A DNA stretch of 64,000 nucleotides. Source: Lytechinus pictus. Its lineage: Eukaryota. Below, one piece after another: positions 36,601 through 49,700 of the stretch. The stretch's first letter is position 1. Every line of letters begins with the position of its first letter. The stretch spans positions 10,230,001 through 10,294,000 of the forward strand of contig NC_087246.1 in the NCBI RefSeq assembly GCF_037042905.1, given 5' to 3'. A model generated the notes under the pieces. The model worked only from the letters and a program-made list of their open reading frames with translations, ran no database searches and was not told where the DNA came from. Both the position numbers and the translations under genes were made by a program.

Positions 36601-39600
36601 ATTGCGCATGATTCATAATAGTCTGTTATGTTCAATTCAATTTATTCAATTTCAATTTATTTCATTCATAAAAACACATAAACATATATAGTAATAAACA
36701 AAATATCAATATAAGAATGTGGAGACAGCTTAGAAGAACCAAGTCTTATACAGTGCTGCCACCAAAATGTAAGCACAATCATTTAAAATGAACATTTTAA
36801 CATAATAAGTAGAAAATAAGGATGATAAATACAAATACAAATTATTAATATTCCAAGACAAACCCTACACGATACTTGAACAAACAAAGCCTGATAATTT
36901 TATAAGTAATATTTTTTTTTAATAATCGTTTGAAATAATTGAGTGATACACTTAATTTAATGTCATCAGGTAATGCATTCCAAATTTTAGGACCCTTAAA
37001 GAATATAGAATTGATACCAATATTAGTTCTCTCAAATGGCAAGTGAAAATCTAATGGCTTTCGCATATTATACAAGTAAAAATCAGAATTCAATTAAAAA
37101 AATGTTGAAAGACTAGAGGGTATAATTTTATCAAAAACTAAAAACATGAAAACTGCAATATTAAAATCATTCATATCAAAAATATTCAATAACTTCAATT
37201 CTTTGAAAATTGGTTTAGAATGGGCAAGATAATTGGCATGAAAAACTATTCTTATTGCTTTCTTTTGTAAGAAGAATAATCTCATCATTGAATCTAGAAT
37301 TGGCCCATACAATATTACAATAGTTTAAATAAGGTGAAATTATAGCATTGTAAATCATCAATAAAATTTTACGTGGAAAATGCCTCAACCTATAAAGTAC
37401 GCCAATGCATTTTGAAACTTTGTTACAAACTTGATTGATGTGCTCATGCCATATCAGTTTATTATCTACAATCACCCCAAGAAAATTGATAGATGTAGCA
37501 ACATTTATTTTAGTACCATTCATCTCAATAATAATGTTATTGTAATTAATTTTCTTATTGGTGAATATCATACATTGAGTTTTATTTACATTTAAAATCA
37601 ATCTATTTACAACAAGCCATTGAGATAGTTTGCACAACTCATTATTGAAGTTAACCATTAAATTGTTAATATTTGCGTCAGACATAAAAACACTTGTATC
37701 ATCAGCATACAAGATAAAATGTAATTTCTCAGAAATATTGCATACATCATTTATTGTTACTGTTCTTTATGATAATGTAATTCTTTAGATGCTATTTTTT
37801 TTCAAGGGTACATACAGTGTTATGGTGCGATGGTAATGTCTGCAACCATTTGGGGCTGGCTTTTCAGTCAAATATGACATTTAAGCCTTAATTTAGGATA
37901 TACCTGATTATTTTACAATTCCATAGAAGTTAACATAAAACTTGTATAGGATTTGAAACATATCGATGCCTTATTAGGTATGTGATTATCAATATTGTAT
38001 TATCAGACCCACTTATAATTATTCTCCATTTATTTCATTGAATGCAATGATTATAAAATAAACGGATAAATCAGTTGCTATTATTTAATAACAATAAAAA
38101 CATACATTTTATATAATGGAAATGCTGCTATAGCGTTCTAAGAACGTGCCAGAGTTTGATAATGCTTGTAACACATTAAACTTATTTGAAAAGTGATGTT
38201 ACCATGGCAAGTCTGCTTTTTAGAATGACACACATTGCTTTGACGAGGACTGGCTTTGACGACATGTGTTTTGAGAAGATAACTTGGCACTACATCCTAT
38301 GTCACATGACGGCATGAATGTATTGTGTGCTGTCAGCTTGCCAAGATATGTTCTTCCCATAATTGAAGTTGATAAGTTCAGGGACAGCGAAAAGGGCGCT
38401 CATCCCATAAATTTGCAAGTGATGATCAAGAGAGAGAGAGAGAGTAAGAAAGGGTATAAACAAAACGTGTTTTGTGGTGTTACTATTCATTATAAAGATA
38501 AATCAAACACAACGTTAGGGTCATCCCCTCCCCACCAGGTTAAAACTAGTGCTACTCCTGGATAATAAGTTGATATTATCTTGATGACGTAGATTTGACA
38601 AACAAGACGTAATATATTTTTCCATAGTTAATGCTAGTATTACAATCATACCAGAAATGATCAACTCACCACGCAAAAAACGGAGAAATACTGCATCATC
38701 ATCCTCTGGTCCAGAGATGTTTGAAAGATTTTCCTTTAACTGTTTCAATCACAAAGACGTACAGAGATTGTTTTAATCAAAATATAATGTATCCATATCC
38801 AACTCGTAACGATTGATATATTTTTACTAAATAATCATAACGTAACTATCATTTTTAATCATGTTTACATGACTTTTGGGCATGCTTCAATATTGCAAGT
38901 TTCATTGCCGTACTGGTACTGCATGAAGCAATTAAAAAAATGTTTTCGAGGATATGAGTTTTAGACCAAAAAAATCAATGAAAATGTGCGAGAAGGCGAA
39001 GCAAGCAAGATATCCACTTCCCGTCAAAATAGATTTATTAAAGGGGAGAATGTGTAGTGTTTATACGTAAAACTTAATGCTGTCAGATTTGCAATAAATT
39101 CAATGAACATTATAAAGTTAAGAATTTCTAAGAATTAATCATTCATTATAGCAAAACTGTTGAGGTATCCATTCCTTACTCCAGATGTGGAGAAAAGTTT
39201 AATAATAGGCCTACCCAATAATTATTTCCGTAGGCCTATGTCCACATCCGTATCTGTTAAGTTTGTTTTTATTTTGAACGTTGCGTATACATAATGTGGT
39301 GCCCTATTATATATAATAACAAACTTAATTGGCTTCATGACACTTGATGAACATTAATCATAACGGATGCAGATCGATGCACTTGATAAGTATTTTGTAA
39401 TAGACATACATGTATGTACAGTATAATCTTAAGGTAAGTGGTTGGTCTTAAAGGGGAATCCAACCCAAATAAAAACTTGTTTTTATAAGAAAAAGAAAAA
39501 TCAGACAAGTTGATAGGTGAAAGTTTGAACAATATTGGACAAACACCAAGAAAGTTATGAATTTTTAAAAGTTGTAAATATTGGCAATCACTATACTCAT

Positions 39601-40315
39601 GGAGACTTCAAATTGGCCGCATATGGTATGTCATAGTGATGTAAGGCAAGGACGACTCTTCCATGTACTCCAATACATATTATGGCTAAAATGTCATTTT
39701 CCCAAAAGTTTTACTTCAAATTATATTTTTCTTTCATGAGGACACTAAACAAGTAATAAACTACCTGGGTTATATTTATATTACTGCCCCAGGGGAATGG
39801 GTACCTAGGAGAAAACCACAAATCCCTGATAATAAAGTACATGGCCTATGGAAAAGTTGTCCTTGCCCCTTGTCATAATTTACTTACCCAGTTGCCAATT
39901 TGAAATGTACATACTATTAGTGATCTCAATTTTAAAGCAGCTATAACTTTCTTATTGCTTGTCCGATTTCTTTCAAACTTTCACCATTCTGTTTAATTTA
40001 TTTTTCTCCTTCCCAACAAACCATTGTATGGCCAAGGTTGGATTCCCCTTTAATACCCTTTTATTTACAACGAGCATGAAAATTAGATTCCTTGACGGAA
40101 AATACCAATTCACTGGCGTACTAAATTAAAAAGATTTTAAAAATAGAACATAATTATATACATCTACAATTGCCAATGAATATTCAGTCTATTTAACTTT
40201 AACTGTAACTGTAATTATAAGTTAGAAAATGAATGATACAAGTAGAAGAAACAATACATACCTTTTCTAGTTTAGCCTTCTGCCGTTCAGAAAGGTTACC
40301 TGGGAAACCGCTCAT
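30265..40315 (-). CDS. SEC14L2-like: SEC14-like protein 2/3/4 family lipid-binding protein (CRAL-TRIO + C-terminal GOLD domain), paralog A, 12 exons, 390 aa
   Basis: Minus-strand exons: 40315-40262, 38739-38670, 36542-36499, 35992-35930, 35593-35500, 34942-34848, 34327-34229, 33681-33537, 32417-32311, 31665-31526, 31010-30859, 30374-30265 (TGA); 1173 nt. Protein: [156 protein letters not shown]. This is colinear with the vertebrate SEC14L2/TAP family; exact orthology cannot be resolved by eye. Confidence 0.93.
30425..30705 (+). repeat. (GAT/GGT)n low-complexity microsatellite in the last intron of SEC14L paralog A
   Basis: Direct reading. Explains the poly-His/Thr ORFs in 30406-30762. Confidence 0.9.
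33197..33407. mobile_element. hAT MITE with perfect 8-bp TSD ATCACCCA
   Basis: TIR CATTGGCGGCGGAAGC / GCTTCCGCCGCCTATG (15/16). TSD at 33189-33196 and 33408-33415. Inserted at the edge of a (CAT/CAC)n tract (~33015-33190). A related end is at ~44656. Confidence 0.9.
36630..37754 (-). mobile_element. 5'-truncated, frameshifted non-LTR retrotransposon (L2/Crack/CR1 group) in intron 2 of SEC14L paralog A
   Basis: Minus-strand RT C-terminal half: [92 protein letters not shown], spread over three frames. The 3' UTR ends in a (TTGAA)n-like tail at ~36630-36665. Confidence 0.9.
39452..40049. mobile_element. Kolobok/T2-type MITE, TTAA TSD, intron 1 of SEC14L paralog A
   Basis: Perfect 14-bp TIR AGGGGAATCCAACC / GGTTGGATTCCCCT, with TTAA at 39448-39451 and 40050-40053. 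Confidence 0.88.
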
Positions 40316-43271
40316 CTTAAGTTGGATTACAGAGTGCTCATGGGGCTAATCAAGAAGCAACCGGAGATCATGTGCGGTAGATATTTCTCGGTTCAATGAA
40401 CTTGCTGACTTAAATCACAATAATATTATCTGTATATAGCCAGAGTTCAAGCCGGATACTTCAAAATCAATTCTTTAAAAAGTTTTAACCCACAATTAAA
40501 TCATGAAAGAAATCTGAAATGAATTCATGATCAAAATGTGAGATTATAATGATAGACAAACCTATAAAATAGACTAAGGAAACTAATGTCTGAAGATATC
40601 AAACACTCCACTCATCACTCCATTTCAATGCTTCTTCTTAACGAGCAACGTGGATTAGAGCTTTACACTAAATTTGAGTGTTTCCCAATCAGGCATTAAA
40701 CACCTCGTATAGTACTCGTATCATGCAAGAGCTTGTTGATGCATATTATGCTCCGTGTAATCTTGTCGGTAAAGCTCAGATGTCTGTCTCTATAGGTCTA
40801 GTGCGATTTTGGTCTGTGGCGTAATAAGCCACAAACTTTGTTCGGGGAGCTGACGGCGCTCGATTTCTGAGGGGGTGCGAGTGGGCAAAGCGAGTGATCA
40901 CCAGAATCGACAATTTGAATTGAATGTGCCACACAATGAGTTGGCAATATGCCCCTATTCTAAACTCAGCCATTAACTAAAACTATGTTCTTGCTCTAAA
41001 GTGTCTTACGGAAAGTCAAGCGTTTTATACTGCATTCCCCCTTTTCATGAGTTTACTGGGTGAATAAAGTATTATAGTTATCATTGCAAGACTATTTAAA
41101 AAAAATAGAGTTGATTACGCTTATAATTTATATTTTGTATTATGTTTGATTTGATTTGATTTATTGTTTTCTTCTGCATTTATAACATCCGTATATGATA
41201 CATTTTTCATTGCATTGTTTATCTTTAGCTCAACAGGGCCCTGTTGAAAAAGGGACAGTTTCTCAACATGTTATTTAATAAATAAATGAAATAAAACTCA
41301 AATGTAAAACATTATGTCATTTTGGCTCTTCATGAATTAAATCATAGGTTGAGGCTATGGTCTAAGTTCAGAATACAGGCATATGAGTACAAATTTATCT
41401 CCCAAAAGGACATGTCATCAGTCTATACCAGAAAGAAATTGGGTTATTGAAAATACATCACAATTACTTTTAAATAAATTTTTAAGAATAGGGGGTTGGA
41501 GTCCCTTACAGCTATACGCCAGATGTATTTTTATAAGATAGATAATCACTCGACACTTATTATATCTAATTATGACAACACTCTAGGTTACCTATAATCA
41601 GATAACCAGCAATTCATCTCAGATGGGGCCAAAGATCAAAGGGGGGAATGCACTGTGTTTTGTAATAAGTCATTATTTATTTAATGATTTATTCATTAGT
41701 TCATTAATTCATTCGGAGTTTAGGATTGGCTTAACATTCGGATATTCCATCTGAGCAATATTTTCGCCGGAGCAAATGCCATGGAACTATTCTATCATTG
41801 TTATTAGGTCTTGCGGAAAAGGTATAAGCCATATTCATTAAAATAGACTTTGGCTTTAACATCTTCATAAATTTTAACCACATTTTTTTTTTTTTTGGTT
41901 TCTTTTGCTTATCTGCGCTCGAGTGTAATGTCATGTTAAATGCAAGGGGGATCTGGAGTGAACCCCTTCCTCTCCCCCAATTAAAAACCTTCTGGCACAG
42001 AGTAGTCACTTTGATCTCTAGTCTGCATATATCTAAACCATGTTTTTGAAAATTCATGATTCCCCTCCTCCCTCTTCAAGCAAAAAACTTTTATGTAGAG
42101 CCATGTAATGGGTTGACTGAATTGAATTTCTAATAGCAACTATTGAGAAAAAATGATAAAATCAAATTCAGTTGATGAGCTTAGATTTATTCACATGCAT
42201 TACAAACGTATTATACACATTGCAACGAACCACCTTCTGTAAATATATATTAGTTTATCTTTACTAGCAAAAATAGATATGAAATGAATCCAATCAAACT
42301 AATAAACCTTTTTGTAATCTCAGATTGTACTCAACTGCATGACGAGTGAGTATCAGAATGATACACAAGACTGATTACTATATTTTCCTACATCAATTTC
42401 AAGTTTATGATTATCATAAATTAGACACAATTGCAAGCTTTTGTTCATGTTCAAAATTTATGTGACACAGACAGTAATATGCACATTATATTGCCCTTTC
42501 CCTCATTTTCGTTCAAAAACCGATGCGATAATAAAATTATAACTGCATGAAGTAAACGTTCAATTTCTTTTTACATTTTATTTCATTGATTAATCATCTG
42601 TGACCGTGAAAGTTTCTGAGATAATAATGTACAAGTTAAAAACGAGATTTTTTGTATGAATATATCACTCTTTATTTCAGAACAAAACATTATCATATTC
42701 TTTGATTGATCAAATAATTTATACATAGATTCTAGCATCTTCAATATAACCAGACTCGACACACGTGATATCGCATAATTCTATTTCTGTATATTGCGTA
42801 ATCCATCTACATATTAAATAACATGATGACAACATCAAAATGTTTGCAATAATCGTTCCCTGTGATTTACTAATTCTTATAATCAAACTTAAAAACTCAT
42901 AATTCTATACGAGCATTGAAACAGACAATAATGGTCATTTCAATAGACATATAATCGTAATTTATACTGACTTTTACTTTTATAGGCCTACGTTAAATTC
43001 AAAATATGGACAAGCAGACTGTAAATAAAAACACAACCACACATTCACCCCCCCCCCCCCCATACAAGAGACATCGATCCTGGGGGGAGGCAGGGAGCAA
43101 ACATACGTTTCACATCTTGAATAATTCATAATATGCAATGTAAATATATTATTTTTTTTAAGCATTGGTAAGCACTATTACATTAAACTTAAAGGTGCTT
43201 TCCGCGCAAAAATAATTTGGTGCGCAGGGCGTTCGCATTCTTCTTTATATTACCCTTGCGTGTGCATTCTT

Positions 43272-43669
43272 TGGCCGGTATTCTCAAAGGAGGTTTAGTT
43301 AGCCCGGGTTTAAATTTAAACCATGGACTAATTAGCCCGGGCTAAATTTTCAAAAACTGGTACATGTAACCCGAATCTAAATCGGACTCTGATCTGTCTC
43401 CGATGAATTTTTGAGCGGGAAAAAGGGTGAAAAAAAATTGCAACTTCGCATGCGCACGAAAGTTAGTCCATGGACTAAATTTTTTAAACCACCCATGAGA
43501 GCTGACTAAAATTGATGACGTAAAACGACGCGTTTAGACCACGGACTAACTAAACCCCCGACTAAATCACCTTTGAGAATACCAAAATTTAGTCCATGGA
43601 CTAAATCGGAGGTTTAAACCACCGATTTAGTCCATGGACTAACTAAACCTCCTTTGAGAATACCGGCCA
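43272..43669. mobile_element. Foldback MITE (Harbinger-like) just downstream of the SEC14L paralog B stop codon
   Basis: Perfect 31-bp TIR TGGCCGGTATTCTCAAAGGAGGTTTAGTTAG, with internal palindromic TTAGTCCATGGACTAA / TTAGCCCGGGCTAA motifs. TSD not clearly preserved. Confidence 0.85.
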
Positions 43670-43732
43670 TAATATCTTTACATTTCTCTTTTTCTAGATT
43701 TTCTCGTGTCCACATGATGTCGTGTATAATAT

Positions 43733-46700
43733 TTAATCGTTGAGGTTGATGCTATCGACTCCTTCTGTCATCTCCTGAAACTCCGGTTCTACGTCACTCG
43801 GTTCCAGAAGTTCCAACCAATAGGAGAGCTTCTTTGATTTGGTCCAACTGTGACTGTTGTCAAAGCGAGCAACGTCTAAATAGAAAAAAATAGAGACCGA
43901 AAATCGTCTAACCGGAGTTAAATCATGAGAAATTGAACAATGTTTTTGTCATATTTACAATTATGTATTACAATGTTTGAAATTTTCAGTAACTTACCGA
44001 CGTCGATTTTTCTCTACAAGAAAAGAGATTCACCTTTTCTTTTGATATTTTTCCCCATCTCCCGTCTTTTGTTCTTTGTTCTCCCAAATTTTAATTTCGA
44101 CTGGTGTGATAATGTTGACCATTAATACTGGTGTGTCATATCGATCATTAGTAGAGTGTAATGTACAGGGACAGAGCAAACTCAAGCTTTGAATATCAAG
44201 ATCCTTGGTCAAACAATATATTCCTAGCATTCTCAAAATTCTGGCTCCATTATTATAAGGCTAAAATGTGTGTGTGATACCTGATCCATCAGTAAATAAA
44301 GTAGGCCTATTATGAAGGCCCTAAAATTTCATTGAATGAGAACATGCTATCGTAGAGGGCGTACTTTATAAAATGAAGGTTCAAGTAGATAGGGTTTATT
44401 GACAATTCTTTTCATCTAATGCCAATTCGTCCAATTGCCAATTCGTCTAGAAACTATCATTTGGTCTACCATAAGTTCGTCCACTCACCACATGGTCTTC
44501 TTTTATTTAGTCTAATGCCATTCCGTCTAATAACCAGTTGGTCCAATAGCAATTTAGTCCATATACCATTTGGTCTAATTGGACTAAGTGTTATGAAAAT
44601 GAAATGGATATTAGACCAACTGGTTATGAGACGAAATGGTCATAGACATAGAGACGTAGGCGGCGGAAGCGGGGGGGGGGGGGGCGGGGGATCCTGTCCC
44701 CCCTAAATTTGAGGTGGGGGCGGACCCCCCTAAAATTTCTGTTGATAACCTTTTTTTTACCGTATAATACCAGGACGTCCATTATTCTCTGATAGTTTGC
44801 ATGGTCCGTGATGCCGCCCTGAAAGAAAATCTTTGTCAAAATAATTTATGAGTTTAGCACTTACATGTTCCAGGCTCTGCAATCATGATTTCTCCATTCT
44901 CTGGGACCATGTGACTGTTATACTTCTCAAGTTTCAAAATGGCCGTCTTCTTTCCTTTACCGCCGTCTACTCGGTCGAATCCGAATTTGATGTCATTACA
45001 ATCCGTTTGGAACTCATACCTAAATTCAAGAATACAAGGTGCAGTAGATTAAAATTCATTGAAATTTTTAAATCATGGATTATTGCGTATCACAAAGTGA
45101 CATCCAATTAAACATTGTATTTACTAATCAATGTTGTATTGTATTGTATTGTATTGTATTTATTTTCCATTCATAAAAACATACAAAATACAAACAAAAT
45201 ACATAAGATATAAATACAAAATAAAATGAATACATATGAATGGCTGGATTGCCCATTCAGAGTGGTAATTATTACCACTCTGTTCTGCCTAGGGGTCCAG
45301 AATGTAAGAAAATAGGTCAAATTGTATTATAAACATCAGTAACAAGCAGAAAAGAACATTGTTAACAAAATATGAAGTAATGAAAACTAGACAATAGACA
45401 TGAAACAAAATTTAAAGTTATGAAATTTTAGTTATGAAATGTTCTAATCGGAATCCAGTATGCATACAGTTTCTGTAATTTCTATGTTTCAAGATCAAGG
45501 TCAGTTTTGGGTTTCAACTTATCAAGATTAGGACCTCCCTTTTTTTTAAGACCAAAAATAAACGTAAACCTTATTCAATGCAATGCTACAATCATTCCGA
45601 CGTAACCGACACATGGGGGTCGAAAGTTGCTGGCACTGACTAAATTGTCAATGTTGACTATTTCAGTGCAAACCTTGGTTTTGATTGGCCAAGAAGCAAG
45701 AATGGCCGCTGACTGTTACTATGGAATATGTCGGAGGAAGAAAACTTTTCCGCCCTGACAACTTTCATGAAACGGTTCATAGACCGACCAAATCTGTTAC
45801 TCTATTTCCAATTGGTATGACTATAGATTCCATACTGTCAGGAAACAACCATCAGTTCGATTGTGTGAAAATTTGTTTAAAAAAATATTTAGTTAATATC
45901 TTTTAAAGAGATATCGCGCGTACATTTTGTTTAGCTTGTCAAAATTTCCGGACCCCAAATAACTTTTACTTTTGAGTGATGCCCCGCCCCCTTGTAGCTT
46001 GTCAAATTGTGAGGACGAAACGCATCCCCTTAAAAAATAAACCTTTAATCGTCGGTTCAACTAAAATGAATAAAAAAAAAATCAATATTTTGTTTACCTC
46101 AGGACGCTGTTTGGATTCTTGACTTCATACTTGAATTCGATGACGCCCCCTCGTGACACCTCGTGTGCTGTCAGGGTATGGGGCGGTTCACGATCTTTCA
46201 AGTAAAAGGACTTTGGAATTTTGCCACCCACTCGTATCTATACATACAAGCATAATAAGTGGATGATGATAATTAACATAATGATAATGATAAGTAACGT
46301 TTCATGGCCCCCAAAATATAGGAAATGATAGTATAGTATATATTTATTTAGATGTCATTTTGCCAGTTGCTAAATATTATTTCTAATTTAGAAAACTATA
46401 TTTTTGTTGCTAAATTTTCAGTATGAAAATTATAATAGTAAATAAGAAATAATTTGATTGAACATATCACTCTAAAGACTGGGTAAGATGAGTAAAGCGA
46501 ACCAATTTAACTATCGAAAGAAGGAATTGTATTATGTTTTCCTTTTGAATTTAAATTAATTATTGATAAAAACATTTTAAATTACCAGTGAAGTACACAT
46601 CTCGTTTCCATCAGGATCTGTCTTAGTTCCTCCCCAGTAAACTGGTAGCTGATCAGCGTCGATATGCTTCAGTAATACCTCCTTCCAATTACCTGCATTA

Positions 46701-49700
46701 AGCATGTTAAGCGTACATTCGGGTTAACCCCTTTCATATAAGAAAATATTAAAAAACCTGTTCCACTTTGGAAACAACTAAAAGACAGGGAATCTCTTCC
46801 TTATTCAATAACCAATTACTTTTATTATAATTTAAGATTCCCTCAAAAAAGTACATCAGGCTGTACATCAGTCTCACTTATTAAAGATTATTAGAAACCC
46901 ACTTGTTCACTTCAATCCCTCATTTACTTGCCCCCGCTAAAAAGATTGCCTACGACCTTGCCCCATTTATTTTTAATGTAGGCGTAATCATCATTAAACG
47001 TATTCATTTTATCTATTATCTTCTATAGGTTTTGACTTACTTCACCACTCTACCTATTATCTCAGGGGTGGCACCTGGGTAAATCAAGACGACCTCAACT
47101 GAATAATAGGGGTGTTATATATTGTTAAACAAAACTAAACTATCTTTTATGATGTCCTTTCTATTTTCTCACTTTTCTTCATTTTCCTCTTTTATATTTC
47201 TTAACAATTCATAAGAGTTCGTCCCCTTCCTACTTTGGCTCCCAGCACAATTTCAAAATAGGTGTGGGTCTAATGCAGTGTCAATATGCAGCTACCATTA
47301 TACGACCTCTATCTTTCATTTTTAATCAAAAAGCTTCATATAAAATGAAAAGAAAAAGAAAAGATTCTTACTTCCCAAGACCTGTATTTTCTTTCTGGTA
47401 TCCTCGCGAAGGAAGGGTTTTACTAGTGAGTAGGAGACCGGGAAGATCTTGGGCGCTCGGATTATGAAGAGACGGTAGATCAATTCTGGATAATGCTGCT
47501 CGGCAATCATTGCTGTCTATCAATTTGTAAGAATTATCAAAAATATAAATCATACATAAGATTTCAATATTTTGCACCCGCCAACTTGTAAAAACAAATA
47601 GCTGGATGAAAATTGTAAATGTCTCGGAAATGTTTGTAAAATCCTTTAAAAAATGTAGTCTGATGTCTCGAGCCGAGAAAATAACTGGTCTGAAAGAAGA
47701 AGTACTTGACAAGTTACACATAGATCATTATTAAGTAAACATAGGCCTACAGCTTGAGCTTTATGTGGTGATCGTGAGTGAAATATTGCTTGAGCAACAC
47801 AAGGACAAGCTGATATAATGAGATTGGAATAAGCAGGGTAATTATCCCCGGTAATTATATTATGATGATATAGATACATCCATTCTATAGTACAGCTAGG
47901 TCGTTTTCCTTTTCTCTATACGTCATCCACTTCGATTCCCACTTTGTTTGCTTTCTTTTCTTATTTCTTTCTTCTGTATTGAACAAAATGCGGCTTCATA
48001 CCTAGTATCTAAAAAGCCAAACTCCCCCTAAATTGCCAACAGAGCAGGTAGGATGGGACCATAGTGGGCTCTCCATACGTCAATGATTTAAGTTTCACTC
48101 CGATTGATACACATCAAAGATTTATCAAACAAAAAAGCCTAAGCCCGTAACACTTGCCTTGATAAACATATCAATACCAGGTTTCCATACATGGTGTACA
48201 CCGAGATTCTCCATGTCAAAGATCATCAAAGATCCCTCAGTATGCTTGAGCCCTTTCTGTTAATGAACATAAGAATGATGGTCATGGTCATGACTGAGGA
48301 CAAAAAATAGACCAAACACCTTTAAGATAAAGATTGCTTTGCTATTTGACCTATAATTGAAAAGGGGACAACAATATTAAAAATAAAAAGAGTGGGGGGG
48401 GGATCATCGCTATTTTTTACACGTCACCCCCCCCCCATGGATTCGCGCCTGTCTTGCATGATGGGCAATAAAGTTATCTCATACCTCTTCAGTAAAGCGC
48501 CGATGATTCCTGATCTGGAATTCTATAGCATGTGTATATGTCTTCAGGATGTCACTTGCCTTGGCTGAAAATAAGACACCTTCAATATAAACAGAAATAT
48601 ACTCTTTATGATATGTGCTCAAAGAGAAAGAGGGAGAAAAAAAAGACAGGGCAAGCGAGAAATATATAGATATATAGAGAGGGGGAAGGGGGCAGAAAAT
48701 TCTACTGCAATATGGTGTATTATATCAGAGCGCTTTCTTTTTTAAAAGGGGCACGATTTTCGGGTTGATAAAATATGAGTATAATTAGATAAACTGTAGA
48801 TTTAGCAATAGCTTAATAAATTAGACCTACTTTGATATTAACCTGTCTTCATAACTGTATTTTATTTGGCAGATATCGATAATATTTGATAATTGCATGT
48901 TAGATTTATCTATTTCTTGCGCGATACAATATGTTTGATGATCGAAATTGCTATAATTGCATACCTTTGGGATCGAAATTTCCAACAGGTGATATGTAGA
49001 CTGCATGGCCTTCCTTGTCCAGTCCACATACTCCGCCACACCAGTATTTCTCAAATACCTCAAATATGCATAAAATTTGGTGGCAATACTAATTAAATAA
49101 TTCATCAATCAATCAAACAATAAATGTAAGATTTTCTTCATTTTAATTCGCGTATTATTATTTTTCCATAATTCATCTATTTATTCATTTATCCATCTAT
49201 TAAAAATATTTAATTACTGATTAATCGTTCATTTCGATTAAAAAAAACACGATATTTCTACCCACAGGCTACAAATGATTTCATATAATAATACTTGTTT
49301 GTCCTTTTGTTTTATTTTTCAACATGCAAAACATTATACTCACTGACAGAAAGTAGCGTTACATTTGCAGGTAATGAAACATAAGCAAAATATGTTTGAA
49401 GCGCAGAGTCCGTTCAATAACATTGTAGGTAAGTTAATCGTTTAAGTGATCTGTGAATTTATCATATTATGAAAATCAATAGTTCCTAACAAATAAGGTA
49501 GTTTAGTTCTTAATCTACAAGAAAAACTGGAATACATGCAATGAATGTGGCATGATAAATATTTACCTTAGGAATCGTGTACCAGTCCAGTATAGTACTG
49601 ACTTTATTTTCCTCCCTCCACTTGATGTCCTACAAAAATAATTAGTAAGCTCAAGTTAGAATTTATTTGACAAAAAGAAAAATGAAAGATACCACAAAAT

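Noticed and set aside
36845-37712. Active or domesticated reverse transcriptase gene
   Set aside because: 5'-truncated just before YADD and broken across three frames: a dead LINE copy.
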